Both the position numbers and the translations under genes were made by a program. Below, one piece after another: positions 10,170 through 21,160 of a stretch of 64,000 bases of DNA. The stretch is from Gammaproteobacteria bacterium (GTDB lineage Bacteria; Pseudomonadota; Gammaproteobacteria; UBA4575), in contig CBDCUI010000008.1 of the NCBI GenBank assembly GCA_965222615.1, positions 384,001-448,000 of the forward strand, in the 5' to 3' direction. The notes beneath the pieces were generated by a model. That model was not told where the DNA came from. It saw only the letters and a list, made by a program, of their open reading frames with translations, and made no database searches. Position 1 is the first letter of the stretch. Every line of letters starts with the position of its first letter.

Positions 10170-11801
10170 ATGCAAGACACACTAAACATTGCCCTGGCGC
10201 AAGCAAATTTTTTAGTTGGGGATGTAGAAGGCAATACCCAACAAATTATCGATAATATTAATTTTGCACGCAAACATTTGCATGCTGACATTGTAGTATT
10301 TTCAGAATTGTCACTTACCGGTTATCCGCTAGAAGATCTTTTATTTCGTTCTTCGATTTTGCAGCGCGTTGATCAAGCGATTGAAACTATAAAAAAACAA
10401 GTTAAAGATATTTATATTTTATTGGGCGCACCAACCAGAGAAGGTGAGCAACTATTTAATTCAGCACTGCTTCTTTATAACTCAGAGATTGTGGCAACAT
10501 ATCATAAGCAACGCTTACCCAATTATGAAGTATTTGATGAAAAGCGTTATTTCACTCAAGGTGATGATGCATGCGTTATAAAAATTAAAGACATTAATAT
10601 TGGATTTACAATTTGTGAAGATATCTGGTTTCCGGAGCCGCTACAAAAATGTACAAACGCGGGTGCAGAGCTTGTTATCAATATTAATGCCAGTCCGTAT
10701 TGTATAGATAAAACCCTTGATCGTATCGATGTGCTAAAAACGCGAGTAGTGGAGCAAAATATTCCAATAATTTATGTCAATCAAATCGGTGGACAAGATG
10801 AACTGGTATTTGACGGGGAATCCTTATGTATAAATAAGCAAGGTAAATTATGTTTGCAGGCACCTGCCTTTGAGCAAGGCGTATATACGGTCCAATATTC
10901 AAAAGATAAAAATGATTTGTTACCGAGCGACTGTATGTATTCATCTTTGCCAAAATTACAGTCAGTTTATGCTGCCATTGTGCTAGGCGTGCAAGATTAC
11001 GTACGAAAAAATAAATTTGATGGAGTAATTTTAGGTTTATCTGGTGGCATCGATTCTGCTCTAACACTTGTAATCGCAGTGGATGCGCTGGGTGCAGACC
11101 GAGTGCATGCCATGATGATGCCATTTCATTACACTTCGAATATCAGCCTTGAAGATGCACAACAAATGGCTGAGCAGTTAGGGGTACAGTATGATGAGGT
11201 GCCAATTGAGACTGCCTATGAAGCAATTACTACAAGTCTTGCACCATTATTTGTTGGCTTGCCAGAAGATGTGACTGAAGAAAATATTCAGTCGCGTATC
11301 CGTGGATTATTTTTAATGGCAGTATCCAATAAAACCGGCAATATGTTGTTAACTACGGGCAATAAAAGTGAAATGTCTGTCGGCTACGCAACACTATATG
11401 GCGATATGGCAGGGGGCTTTGCTCCACTAAAAGATGTATCAAAAACACTTGTATATGAGCTCGCACAATATAGAAATGAAATTAGTAAAGTTATTCCAGA
11501 ACGAGTGATTACTCGTGTGCCTTCAGCAGAGTTATCCCCGGATCAAGTTGATCAAGACAGTTTGCCACCTTATGAAATTTTAGACCCGATTCTCGAAAAA
11601 TTTGTAGAGCAGGATTTACCCATTGATCAAATCGTAGCGGAAGGGTTTGATAAGCAAGTAGTACAAAGAGTGGCAAACATGGTATTGCGTAATGAATATA
11701 AACGTCGTCAAACGCCCCCAGGGGTTAAAATAACCCGGCGTGCTTTTGGTAAAGACCGCCGTTATCCAATTACATCGGGATTTTTAAGAACTAACAGCTA
11801 A
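10170..11801 (+). CDS. nadE: Glutamine-dependent NAD+ synthetase
   Basis: Nitrilase-fold N-domain (ICEDIW), SGGIDS, TGNKSE and NEYKRRQ motifs. Confidence 0.96.
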   Translation: MQDTLNIALAQANFLVGDVEGNTQQIIDNINFARKHLHADIVVFSELSLTGYPLEDLLFRSSILQRVDQAIETIKKQVKDIYILLGAPTREGEQLFNSALLLYNSEIVATYHKQRLPNYEVFDEKRYFTQGDDACVIKIKDINIGFTICEDIWFPEPLQKCTNAGAELVININASPYCIDKTLDRIDVLKTRVVEQNIPIIYVNQIGGQDELVFDGESLCINKQGKLCLQAPAFEQGVYTVQYSKDKNDLLPSDCMYSSLPKLQSVYAAIVLGVQDYVRKNKFDGVILGLSGGIDSALTLVIAVDALGADRVHAMMMPFHYTSNISLEDAQQMAEQLGVQYDEVPIETAYEAITTSLAPLFVGLPEDVTEENIQSRIRGLFLMAVSNKTGNMLLTTGNKSEMSVGYATLYGDMAGGFAPLKDVSKTLVYELAQYRNEISKVIPERVITRVPSAELSPDQVDQDSLPPYEILDPILEKFVEQDLPIDQIVAEGFDKQVVQRVANMVLRNEYKRRQTPPGVKITRRAFGKDRRYPITSGFLRTNS

Positions 11802-11880
11802 AAAGTTACTTTAATATGGCATTTAATAAATTAGTTGCATCTTCCCTGACGGATATCTTATTTGCACTTTCTTGTACTCA

Positions 11881-11958
11881 CTGGATTGCTTCGTTTCACT
11901 CGCAATGACGAGAAAAATACGTCACTGCGAACAAGCGTAAGCTTGTGTGGCAGTCCAG
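11881..11958. repeat. REP-like inverted-repeat doublet between convergent nadE and bamD
   Basis: CTGGATTGC...CGCAATGACG followed by inverted CGTCACTGCG...GCAGTCCAG. Confidence 0.7.
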
Positions 11959-12029
11959 TATCGTAGTTGTTTTTTCTCTAGCTAACTTTAATTGGTTACA
12001 AAAGTAGAAAAATGCCCCATATATTTTCT

Positions 12030-12932
12030 CTAGTTGCAGTAATAAGTTCTAAGTCGCAACTTCTCAAGCATTTTGCTCCATAAACCTTCTGCACAGCTTT
12101 CCGTTTCGCGTGCAAAATCTTGATCAATAAGTCCAGTTTTGCCTGTTTTGAAATTTTGTACAAATACCCGATTAGTATCTTCAGCCAGGTCATCAATACC
12201 AAGTTTTAAATAAGCTTGTTCTAATATGTAAACTGCTTCAGACATTGCTTCTGCACCCTGATAATTTTCCATGACATACTTTGCACGATTTGCTGAAGCT
12301 ACATAGGCACCTCTGCGCATATAAAACTTTGCTACATTGAGTTCGTATTCGGCAAGCTCATTGCGCAAATAGATCATGCGTAATTTTGCATCATCAGCAT
12401 ATTCGCTATTAGGGAATTTATCGATGAGCAGACTAAAAACATCAAATGCTTCACGTAGAGACGTGGGATCATTGTCTGATGGATTGCGAGGTAATACGTA
12501 ATGTATAAGGTTTTTACCACTATCAAAAGTAATGAGTCCTTTCATGTAATAGGCGTAATCAATGCTTGGATGTAGTGGGTTTAATTTAATAAAACGATTA
12601 ATACTGTCCAAAGCAAGTTCTATATTATTTTGTTTGTAATAGGCATAGGCGAGTTCAAGTTGTGCTTGTTGTGCATAACGCCCAAAGGGGTAGCGCGCTT
12701 CCAAAACTTCAAAATCTTCAATTGCTCCGGTAAATTCTTTGCTTATTAATTGCACATGTGCCTTTTTATATAATCTTGCAGCGGTTTCGTTTGCTGCAAT
12801 TTCAGGGTCTTTTTCTTTTTCGTCTTTACCAAACAGACCAAAAACCGAGCAGCTTGAAAGACATACGATGCACGTTATGACAAAGGTATATCGCCAAATA
12901 GATTCAAATGTTGTAACCATGTACTCTTTCAT
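12030..12932 (-). CDS. bamD: Outer membrane protein assembly lipoprotein BamD (ComL)
   Basis: Lipobox LSSC, LEARYPFG..AQQAQLELAYAYYK, RRGAYVASANRA; divergent from rluD. Confidence 0.93.
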   Translation of the reverse strand: MKEYMVTTFESIWRYTFVITCIVCLSSCSVFGLFGKDEKEKDPEIAANETAARLYKKAHVQLISKEFTGAIEDFEVLEARYPFGRYAQQAQLELAYAYYKQNNIELALDSINRFIKLNPLHPSIDYAYYMKGLITFDSGKNLIHYVLPRNPSDNDPTSLREAFDVFSLLIDKFPNSEYADDAKLRMIYLRNELAEYELNVAKFYMRRGAYVASANRAKYVMENYQGAEAMSEAVYILEQAYLKLGIDDLAEDTNRVFVQNFKTGKTGLIDQDFARETESCAEGLWSKMLEKLRLRTYYCN

Positions 12933-12975
12933 ATTAATTTAAGTATAACCATATTTGGTCTAAATCCGAACTGCT

Positions 12976-13917
12976 ATGACTGAGAAACAGCAATTATGTA
13001 GTGTGATTCCTGATTCTTTTAAGGGTTTACGTTTAGACAATGCTCTTGTGCAATTGTTTCCAGACTATTCAAGGGCAAGATTACAAAAATGGATTCGAAG
13101 TGGTGATGTATCCGTAAACGGTAAAATAATGCGTCCCAAAGATACCGTGCTTGGGGGTGAGCAAGTAATACTGCAAGTCGAGTTAGTAGATGAAGTCTAT
13201 TTAGAACCAGAGGCGATTGACATAGACATTGTGTATGAAGATGAATTTATTCTAGTAATCAATAAGCCAGCAAACCTAGTCGTACATCCTGGTGCTGGTA
13301 ACATTTCTGGAACCTTGGCGAATGCCTTGCTTTATTATGATCCTAGTCTTCGTTCTATTCCAAGAGTTGGTATCGTGCATCGACTTGATAAAGATACTAC
13401 TGGTTTAATGGTTGTGGCGAAACAACTTAAAAGTCACGCTAGTCTTGTGAAACAATTACAGCAAAGAACAGTCAGTCGAAAATATATTGCGCTTGTACAT
13501 GGAGAAGTTATTGCAGGGGATAGCGTGAATGCTGCGATCGGTAGACATCCTGTTGATCGCAAACGTATGGCAGTTACTTCTTCTGGCAAAACTGCAATTA
13601 CTTACTATCGTATACGTCAGCGTTATAATTTATGCACTTTATTGGATGTGCAGCTGGAAACTGGTCGAACTCATCAAATACGTGTGCATATGGCGCATAT
13701 AAAACAGCCGATTGTAGGTGATCCTGTATATGGAAGGAAAGTTAAGCAGACTAATGACGTTAATCAAATTGCATTGGCAAAATTTTCACGTCAAGCTTTA
13801 CATGCTGCAAATTTGTCATTAACCCATCCCAGTAGTAATACAACTTGTGAGTGGAGTGTTTCAATCCCTGATGATTTTCAATCATTACTGGATTCACTCC
13901 AGATGAAAGAAAAATAA
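12976..13917 (+). CDS. rluD: 23S rRNA pseudouridine synthase RluD
   Basis: S4 domain, VHRLDKDTTG, LETGRTHQIRVH and QALHA motifs. Confidence 0.95.
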   Translation: MTEKQQLCSVIPDSFKGLRLDNALVQLFPDYSRARLQKWIRSGDVSVNGKIMRPKDTVLGGEQVILQVELVDEVYLEPEAIDIDIVYEDEFILVINKPANLVVHPGAGNISGTLANALLYYDPSLRSIPRVGIVHRLDKDTTGLMVVAKQLKSHASLVKQLQQRTVSRKYIALVHGEVIAGDSVNAAIGRHPVDRKRMAVTSSGKTAITYYRIRQRYNLCTLLDVQLETGRTHQIRVHMAHIKQPIVGDPVYGRKVKQTNDVNQIALAKFSRQALHAANLSLTHPSSNTTCEWSVSIPDDFQSLLDSLQMKEK

Positions 13918-13922
13918 AGTGT

Positions 13923-14666
13923 ATGTCACAGCTTGACTGGATAAGACCGGATTGGCCAGCCCCAGAAAATGTAGCGGCTTTCACAACGACACGTAATGGT
14001 GGTTGTAGCCAAGGCAACTATTCAAGTTTTAATCTCGGTCATCATGTAGGTGATGATGCGGAGCATGTCAAATTCAACCGTGACGTTTTAAACAAACAAT
14101 TGCACTTACCTAGTGAACCGATTTGGTTAAATCAAGGACATGGCACTGATGTTTTAGAAGTAACATCTTTGAAAACTAGTAACCCAGAAGCCGATGCGGC
14201 ATATACGACTGAAGTTAGAAAAGTTTGTGTAGTGCTAACCGCAGATTGTCTTCCAGTGTTGTTTTGTGATTCACAGGGAAGTTGTGTAGCCGTTGTACAT
14301 GCGGGTTGGCGAGGACTACTTCGAGGCGTGTTGGAATGTACGTTAAACTCTCTACCGATAGAATCTAGTCAGCTACTTTGTTGGTTGGGGCCGGCTATAG
14401 GACCCACTAAATTTGAAGTGGGTGCGGAAGTAAGAGAGCAATTTATTCAAAAAGATCCTGAACATAAGGGAGCCTTTGATAATATTGCTGTGGGAAAATA
14501 TCTTGCCAATCTCTACAAAATGGGGCGACACATCCTAAATACTCAGGGTGTAAAAGCGATTTATGGAGGAGGGTATTGTACTTTCTCCGATGATCAGCGA
14601 TTTTATTCCTACCGGCGTGATGGCCAGACTGGACGTATGGCGTCACTAATTTGGCTTAAATCATAA
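13923..14666 (+). CDS. pgeF: Peptidoglycan editing factor / purine nucleoside phosphorylase PgeF (YfiH)
   Basis: TADCLPV, HAGWRG and FYSYRRDGQTGR motifs; rluD-pgeF-clpB synteny. Confidence 0.93.
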   Translation: MSQLDWIRPDWPAPENVAAFTTTRNGGCSQGNYSSFNLGHHVGDDAEHVKFNRDVLNKQLHLPSEPIWLNQGHGTDVLEVTSLKTSNPEADAAYTTEVRKVCVVLTADCLPVLFCDSQGSCVAVVHAGWRGLLRGVLECTLNSLPIESSQLLCWLGPAIGPTKFEVGAEVREQFIQKDPEHKGAFDNIAVGKYLANLYKMGRHILNTQGVKAIYGGGYCTFSDDQRFYSYRRDGQTGRMASLIWLKS

Positions 14667-14686
14667 TTATTTATATAGCTGTCTAG

Positions 14687-14714
14687 TTGAAAATAGTTAG
14701 GCATGACACCATAT
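14687..14714 (+). promoter_or_regulatory. Putative sigma-32 promoter of clpB
   Basis: TTGAAA-N14-CACCATAT resembles the RpoH consensus CTTGAAA-N13-17-CCCCATNT. Confidence 0.6.
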
Positions 14715-14756
14715 ATATAACAATATTGAATAATTTGTTGATGGGAGAAACCCGGC

Positions 14757-17348
14757 ATGCGAATGGATAAATTAACCACTAAATTTCAGCAGGCGCTACA
14801 AGAGGCCCAATCTTTGGCAGTGGGCCGCGAGCATCAATTTATTGAACCGGTTCATCTCATGTATGCCATGCTGGCGCAGGAAAATAGTACAGTTGCGGCT
14901 TTGTTCATGCGTGCTGGAACTGACGCCAATCAATTAAAGCAGCGCTGTGATGAAGCCATGCAACGTTTGCCAACCGTATCCGGCAATGCAGGTGAAGTTC
15001 ATGTATCGAATGTGCTAGGTAATTTATTAAACGTAACAGACAAGTTGGCGCAACAACAAGGTGATGAGTTTATTGCGTCGGAAATTTTTGCTTTAGCGGC
15101 CCTAGAAGATAAAGGGGAACTGGGTAAAATTCTAAAAGAATTAGGGGCTAATAAATCATCAGTTACAACAGCGTTAAAGGCGATGCGAGAAGGCGAAAAC
15201 GTAAACGATCCGAATGCCGAAGATACCCGTCAAGCATTAAGTAAATATTCGATTGATCTCACTGAACGTGCAGTACAGGGAAAGTTAGACCCTGTGATTG
15301 GTCGGGACGATGAAATTCGTCGCGCGATACAAGTTTTGCAAAGACGCACAAAAAATAATCCCGTGCTGATTGGTGAGCCTGGTGTAGGGAAAACTGCAAT
15401 TGTTGAAGGTTTGGCACAACGAATTGTTAATGGTGAGGTGCCTGAGGGTATTAAAAACAAAAAACTGCTCTCACTAGATTTAAGTGCATTGATTGCTGGA
15501 GCAAAGTTTCGTGGCGAGTTTGAAGAGCGTCTAAAGGCAGTTTTAAAAGAGCTCTCAAAGCAAGAAGGACAAATTATTTTATTCATCGATGAGTTGCATA
15601 CTATGGTAGGCGCAGGTAAGGCCGAAGGTGCAATGGATGCTGGAAATATGTTGAAACCTGCATTGGCGCGTGGCGAGCTTCACTGTGTCGGAGCCACCAC
15701 ACTTGATGAATATCGACAATATATCGAAAAGGATGCGGCATTAGAGCGACGTTTTCAAAAAATCATTGTTGATGAACCCAGTGTGGAAGACACCATTGCC
15801 ATTTTGCGGGGTCTTAAGGAACGTTATGAAGTGCATCATGGTGTAGACATCACCGACCCAGCCATCGTCAGTGCCGCGACACTTTCACACCGTTATATTT
15901 CAGACCGACAGTTGCCAGATAAGGCGATTGACCTTATTGATGAAGCCGCTTCGCAAATCCGTATGGAAATAGATTCTAAGCCCGAAGCTATGGATAAACT
16001 CGATCGTAAATTGATTCAACTAAAAATTGAAAGAGAGGCATTGAAAAAAGAATCAGATGAAGCCTCTAAAAAGCATCTGGCGGAACTAGAAACAGAAATT
16101 GAAAAACTTGAGAAGGAATATGCTGATCTTGAGGAGATTTGGCGATCAGAAAAAGCAACTTTACAAGGTTCAAAGGAGCTCAAAGAAGCACTTGAACAAG
16201 CGCGTATTGAACTTGAAGCCGCGCATCGTGCTGGTGATTTAACCAAAATGTCTGAGCTTCAATATGGACGTATTCCAGAGTTAGAAAAGCAATTGCAGCA
16301 ATCTAGTGATGTGAATAAACGAGAGCATAAACTATTGCGTAATAAAGTTACGGATGCCGAAGTAGCTGAAATAGTTTCGCGTTGGACGGGTATTCCAGTG
16401 GCGAAAATGTTGTCAGGAGAGCGCGAAAGACTTTTGCAAATGGAACAGCAATTGCGTAAGCGAGTGGTTGGTCAGGACGAAGCCATACAAGTGGTATCGG
16501 ATGCGGTGCGTAGGGCTCGAGCAGGAATTTCTGATCCCAAACGACCAAACGGATCATTTTTGTTTCTTGGCCCAACTGGGGTGGGCAAAACAGAACTGAC
16601 TAAGGCGTTAACAGAGTTTTTGTTTGACACTGAAGATGCGCTCATTCGTGTTGATATGTCTGAGTTCATGGAAAAACATTCCGTTGCCCGCTTAATTGGT
16701 GCACCACCAGGATATGTAGGTTATGAAGAAGGTGGTTATTTAACCGAAGCAGTGCGCCGCAAACCCTATAGCGTAGTGTTAATGGATGAAATCGAAAAAG
16801 CACATCCCGATGTATTTAATGTGCTTCTGCAAGTATTGGATGATGGGCGTCTTACAGATGGACATGGTCGTACTGTGGATTTTAAAAATACAGTAGTCAT
16901 TATGACTTCCAATCTTGGCAGTGATGTCATACAAGAACTTGCAGGTACTGAGAACTATGAAAAAATGAAAGCTGCAGTGATGGAGATTGTAAGCGCTCGA
17001 TTTAGGCCCGAGTTTATTAACCGCATTGATGATGCCATTGTATTTCATCCATTGGCAAAAGAGCACATACGTAAAATTACTGAAATTCAATTAGCTCATT
17101 TGCAAACGAGATTGAATGATCGAGATATTAAGCTTGAATACTCAGAAGCTGCACTTGCTAAACTTTCTGAAGCAGGGTTTGATCCAGTCTATGGTGCACG
17201 TCCTTTAAAACGAGCCATTCAAGATTTGGTAGAGAATCCCCTGGCACAAGCATTGTTGGCTGGAGACATTCTTACCGGTCAGGTGATTCAAGTGGATGTA
17301 GATGGTGAAAAACTAATTTTCACACATATTAATTCTATCGCAGCCTAA
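14757..17348 (+). CDS. clpB: ATP-dependent chaperone ClpB
   Basis: Two AAA+ modules ([16 protein letters not shown]), middle coiled-coil domain, GARPLKR. Confidence 0.98.
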   Translation: MRMDKLTTKFQQALQEAQSLAVGREHQFIEPVHLMYAMLAQENSTVAALFMRAGTDANQLKQRCDEAMQRLPTVSGNAGEVHVSNVLGNLLNVTDKLAQQQGDEFIASEIFALAALEDKGELGKILKELGANKSSVTTALKAMREGENVNDPNAEDTRQALSKYSIDLTERAVQGKLDPVIGRDDEIRRAIQVLQRRTKNNPVLIGEPGVGKTAIVEGLAQRIVNGEVPEGIKNKKLLSLDLSALIAGAKFRGEFEERLKAVLKELSKQEGQIILFIDELHTMVGAGKAEGAMDAGNMLKPALARGELHCVGATTLDEYRQYIEKDAALERRFQKIIVDEPSVEDTIAILRGLKERYEVHHGVDITDPAIVSAATLSHRYISDRQLPDKAIDLIDEAASQIRMEIDSKPEAMDKLDRKLIQLKIEREALKKESDEASKKHLAELETEIEKLEKEYADLEEIWRSEKATLQGSKELKEALEQARIELEAAHRAGDLTKMSELQYGRIPELEKQLQQSSDVNKREHKLLRNKVTDAEVAEIVSRWTGIPVAKMLSGERERLLQMEQQLRKRVVGQDEAIQVVSDAVRRARAGISDPKRPNGSFLFLGPTGVGKTELTKALTEFLFDTEDALIRVDMSEFMEKHSVARLIGAPPGYVGYEEGGYLTEAVRRKPYSVVLMDEIEKAHPDVFNVLLQVLDDGRLTDGHGRTVDFKNTVVIMTSNLGSDVIQELAGTENYEKMKAAVMEIVSARFRPEFINRIDDAIVFHPLAKEHIRKITEIQLAHLQTRLNDRDIKLEYSEAALAKLSEAGFDPVYGARPLKRAIQDLVENPLAQALLAGDILTGQVIQVDVDGEKLIFTHINSIAA

Positions 17349-17349
17349 T

Positions 17350-17381
17350 AAAAAAAGAGGTAACTTAGGTTACCTCTTTTT
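17350..17381. terminator. Bidirectional Rho-independent terminator
   Basis: AAAAAAGAGGTAAC-TTAG-GTTACCTCTTTTT between convergent genes. Confidence 0.85.
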
Positions 17382-17395
17382 AATTTTTCGAAAAA

Positions 17396-17857
17396 TTAAT
17401 GCTTTCGATTAAAACGTTGACCCTTTCGATCTAAGCGTCGGTCGATGCGGTCACCCTTTCGATCTAATCTACGATCGATACGGTCACCTTTTCGATCTAG
17501 ACGATGATCGATGCGATCTCCTTTGCGATCCAAGCGATTATTCGCAATATCACCTTTGCGTTCAAGACGGTCGGCAAGGCCATCTTTGCCTGCGGCACGT
17601 GCGCGATCCGCTTTATGATCAAAACGTCTTTCAATTCGATCTCCCTTTCGATCCAAGCGTCGGTCAACACGATCGCCTTTACGGTCTAAGCGGTGGTCTA
17701 TACGATCACCTTTGTGATCTAAGCGATGTTCAATTCGATCGCCTTTACGATCTAAATAATCTTCGACCTTATCGCCTTTGTCGGCACTCGCGATAGATGT
17801 GTTAAATACTAGTACGAGTGTGGCAAGGATAGAAATTGTATTTACATTGTTATTCAT
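17396..17857 (-). CDS. Secreted hypothetical protein built from 11-residue (RLDRKGDRIDR) repeats
   Basis: Signal peptide ending ASA-D; about 10 repeats with synonymous codon variation. Confidence 0.8.
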   Translation of the reverse strand: MNNNVNTISILATLVLVFNTSIASADKGDKVEDYLDRKGDRIEHRLDHKGDRIDHRLDRKGDRVDRRLDRKGDRIERRFDHKADRARAAGKDGLADRLERKGDIANNRLDRKGDRIDHRLDRKGDRIDRRLDRKGDRIDRRLDRKGQRFNRKH

Positions 17858-17986
17858 ACAGATAACTCCAGTTGTGTTGTAGTTACTGTATTAAACGCTC
17901 GAAGTTGATTTTGGTTGACAATTTTTATTTAATTTGTAACCAATTGAATTAAAATGGATTAAGTTTCTTTAATAAAACTATAGAAT

Positions 17987-18832
17987 TTATTTTCGTTCTA
18001 CCTTTGACGATTTGACCAGCAGGTAATCTAAGCTCTTGGTTGGAAGAATTCTCTTCAAGATCGCAAACAAATAGGTTGGGAAAGTTACATAATATCTTGC
18101 TTTAGGGTTAGCACTTTCGAGTGCATGAATGACTTTTTGTGTCACGGCCTCTGGGTCTAAGGTGAAAGGTACAACCGGTCCATCTTTTTTTAATTTTGCT
18201 TCCGTTGCTTGATAAATTGTATGGAATCGGCTGCTTTTACTATCGATATTTTTTTTAAACAGTTGCAAGCTATTTTGGCGAAAACGACTGGTGATTGGAC
18301 CAGGCTCAATAAGAGAAACATGTATGTTGGTATCAGCTAATTCTAAACGCAAAGTATCTGTAATGCCTTCCAAGGCGAATTTTGAAGCGATATATGCACC
18401 ACGTAATGGCATGGCAACAAAACCAAGTACCGAACTAATCTGAATAATTCTTCCATATCCATGTGTATGCATGGTTGGGATTATTTTATTTGTGAGTTCG
18501 ACTAAACCAAATAAATTGGTTTCAAATTGCTCTTGTAATACTTTGCGAGAAAGGTCTTCTACTGCTCCAGGTTGTCCGAAACCTGCGTTATTAATGAGTG
18601 CAAACAGTTTTCCCTGTGTTTCATCGAGTACTGTTTCGACAGCTAGCTGAATACTATCTGAATCTGCCATGTCTAGTTCAAGGCAATGTAAACCTTTTTG
18701 AGTAAGTGCTTCTACATCTTGTTGTTTTCTTGCAGAAGCAAATATTTTGTAGCCACGTTGTTGCAAAGTTTGCGCAATGTGTAATCCAATTCCTGAAGAG
18801 CAGCCTGTGATTAGAACGGATTTGTCCTGCAT
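17987..18832 (-). CDS. Short-chain dehydrogenase/reductase (YbbO-like)
   Basis: TGCSSGIG, NNAG and YIASK motifs. Confidence 0.92.
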   Translation of the reverse strand: MQDKSVLITGCSSGIGLHIAQTLQQRGYKIFASARKQQDVEALTQKGLHCLELDMADSDSIQLAVETVLDETQGKLFALINNAGFGQPGAVEDLSRKVLQEQFETNLFGLVELTNKIIPTMHTHGYGRIIQISSVLGFVAMPLRGAYIASKFALEGITDTLRLELADTNIHVSLIEPGPITSRFRQNSLQLFKKNIDSKSSRFHTIYQATEAKLKKDGPVVPFTLDPEAVTQKVIHALESANPKARYYVTFPTYLFAILKRILPTKSLDYLLVKSSKVERK

Positions 18833-18918
18833 GGTAGTAAATTACCCTCAATATCGTAACGATAAAAATTAGATTCTATTTAGATGATGCACTTTGAAGA
18901 GTAAATGTATTCAGACAT

Positions 18919-18953
18919 AAAAAAGCCGGACTTCGCGAGAAGTCCGGCTTTTT
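18919..18953. terminator. Rho-independent terminator of the ABC binding-protein gene
   Basis: AAAAAAGCCGGACTTC-GCGA-GAAGTCCGGCTTTTT. Confidence 0.88.
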
Positions 18954-18982
18954 AAATGTTGACTTAAATTTTAAGACTTAGC

Positions 18983-20332
18983 TTATAAGTCAAAATCATC
19001 ATCATTATTATCGGCGGTGCAAGGACGTGCTTCGATCTTGTTATCGGTAGCATATTGCTCTGCACCCGCATCAATGATGGCTTGTGACAAGGGGACATCG
19101 CCCTCAATCCAATCCGATACGATGTTCCACTGACGTGCGCCGGCATCCCATTGCTGGAATTTCGCCAAGTGCCCGCCTACATGGTCCAAACAGGTTAGGT
19201 TGAGTTCTGGAACTAAGCCTGTGGCCCCCAGCTCTTCGATGCGCTTGGCATCTAAGCGTAGGTTCTCAAAGCCCCACCGAGCTTCGGCACTGGTCAAGGG
19301 TCGATTGCCAAAGCGCGCTTGCGCTATGCGCAACGCTTCGGTATGCACCACGCCAGCCAGTACGCCAAGGTTCCAATACACGGAGCCTAAGCGCGACTTG
19401 TCTTGTAAGTCGCCATTGCCTGAGCCGTATACCGTCTTGATGATTTCTTGTACTACGGCGAAGTCGGTGCCCGCGGGATGCGTGGTGATCGCTTGATAGC
19501 CATCCGCAGCTTTTCCGGCGGGGATCACGTCTTCATCGGAGTTACTCCAGATGTTGCCGATCAAGCGGCTTACTGGATAGCCTGTGCGTACCGCTGTCTG
19601 CATCGCTACGGGATTCATCACCCCCCAGCCTCGAAGCAGTACATAGTCTGGCTTGAGCTTGCGGATGTTTAACCATTGCGATTGTTGCTCGTTGCCGGGA
19701 TGCGGCACTTCTAAGGGATGATGGGTACAGCCGTGCTTCTCGCACATGCTGTCCATGAAGTCGATCGCTTCGCGTCCATACGGGGATCCGTGATACAGCA
19801 TCGCGATCTTCTTACCCTTTAAGTTTGCGCGTCCGCCTTCTAACACATCGCCTATGAAGTGCACCATGATGGAGTGCTCGTCATAGGTGTTGATGCCTGG
19901 CATAAAGTAGTACGGAAAGATGTCGCCGCGTTGGCCGGCCGTCTTGCCGTGGTTGACTGCAATAATCGGCATTTTGTCTTTGCGGCCCGTCTCGATCAGG
20001 GCTGTGGAGATTCCCACGGAGAGCGGATCGAAAAATACCGCGCCGCCTTCGCGATCTTTCAAGCGCTTGTAGCATTCTACGCCGCGCTCTACCGAATACT
20101 CGGTCTCACACTCTGACCAGATCAGCTTGATGCCGTTGACGCCACCATCGCGACTGTTGAGTAGATTGTAGTAGTCCAAGATGCCACCAAAATAACCCGT
20201 GCCGCCAGCCGCATAGGGCCCTACGCGATAACTCGGAATCGGGACGTACATGGTGTCTTCCGCCATCACGCTCGTGCTGGTGCCGAGCATCGCGATCGCG
20301 GTCATCAGGACCATCATTAGTTTCTTCTTCAT
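18983..20332 (-). CDS. ABC transporter substrate-binding protein (HAAT/branched-chain amino acid-like PBP1 family), orphan, high GC
   Basis: Signal peptide; YRVGPYAAGG, NSRDGGVNG, ECETEY...GVECY and HPGNEQQSQWL motifs; strong GGAGGAG SD. Confidence 0.88.
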   Translation of the reverse strand: MKKKLMMVLMTAIAMLGTSTSVMAEDTMYVPIPSYRVGPYAAGGTGYFGGILDYYNLLNSRDGGVNGIKLIWSECETEYSVERGVECYKRLKDREGGAVFFDPLSVGISTALIETGRKDKMPIIAVNHGKTAGQRGDIFPYYFMPGINTYDEHSIMVHFIGDVLEGGRANLKGKKIAMLYHGSPYGREAIDFMDSMCEKHGCTHHPLEVPHPGNEQQSQWLNIRKLKPDYVLLRGWGVMNPVAMQTAVRTGYPVSRLIGNIWSNSDEDVIPAGKAADGYQAITTHPAGTDFAVVQEIIKTVYGSGNGDLQDKSRLGSVYWNLGVLAGVVHTEALRIAQARFGNRPLTSAEARWGFENLRLDAKRIEELGATGLVPELNLTCLDHVGGHLAKFQQWDAGARQWNIVSDWIEGDVPLSQAIIDAGAEQYATDNKIEARPCTADNNDDDFDL

Positions 20333-20405
20333 GTGTGCTCCTCCTCTCCTAGATTTAGGAGGTCAAATAAACAACCACTAGATTAACAAGGGTTGAATTA
20401 TGTTT

Positions 20406-20424
20406 TGTGAAAATACTTTTCACA
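20406..20424. promoter_or_regulatory. Palindromic candidate operator upstream of the binding-protein gene
   Basis: TGTGAAAA-TAC-TTTTCACA perfect 8-bp inverted repeat. Confidence 0.4.
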
Positions 20425-20712
20425 TGGTTGAAAAGAAAATAACTTGAAAAAGTTATTGTTTCTTTATAGACCACATAGACTTAGACAAGTTTAAGTTTCT
20501 ATGCGTTGTGGTCAGTGTAGCGATAAAGAATAGGAATTCAAGGTAAAAGTTCAATTAAAAATACACGCAAATCTATATATAAGAATATATTTAAATACTA
20601 AATCATAGAGGTTTTTATGTAATGAACTAAAGTTTAGAGAAATAATATTACAAATAACATTAAGCATAATAATGAAAACGTAACACGACATTTGGAATAA
20701 AAAATGATGTTT

Positions 20713-21054
20713 TTAGGGAATGCACCGAAATACAGCAAAGGTTTGTTGGCCATTGTCGATTTTTGAAATTGCCGAAACTGTATCACCACCCATATTTACG
20801 GCGCTATTACGTGCCAAAATTTGTAGCTCTTTAGCAATTACCGTTTGTTGTCTAGGTACTGTGAGGATAGTTGATTTCACGCTTACCGTAGTGGCCCCAC
20901 GTTTTTTACAATTGGCCACTTCTCCTGAACTTAATACACGTGTTTTTTCTCCACCGTGAGTTAATTTAACGGTCGCACATGCTGTAAGCACTAGTAGTGT
21001 TGCAATAAGAAAGCTCGGAATAAAGATGAAATTTCTATTCATGGTAAGATCCAT
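20713..21054 (-). CDS. DUF4156-like lipoprotein
   Basis: Lipobox LTAC, VKLTHGGEKTRV, LARNSAVNMGGDTV, C-terminal FRC. Confidence 0.75.
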   Translation of the reverse strand: MDLTMNRNFIFIPSFLIATLLVLTACATVKLTHGGEKTRVLSSGEVANCKKRGATTVSVKSTILTVPRQQTVIAKELQILARNSAVNMGGDTVSAISKIDNGQQTFAVFRCIP

Positions 21055-21160
21055 TCGTATGTTGCATAAATTTCTTCATGTAAATGTGTGTATGAACTTC
21101 GACAATATCAAATCAGTATATAGAATCTAATTTTGTGCATAAGTTGCATATAAAATTATC

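Noticed and set aside
17410-17760. 33-bp periodic repeats resembling a CRISPR array
   Set aside because: Units are contiguous with no unique spacers, vary at synonymous positions and encode the 11-aa protein repeat; no cas genes are present.
19200-20116. Several overlapping 60-100 aa ORFs inside the ABC binding-protein gene
   Set aside because: Expected by chance in a high-GC segment with few stop codons; no motifs.
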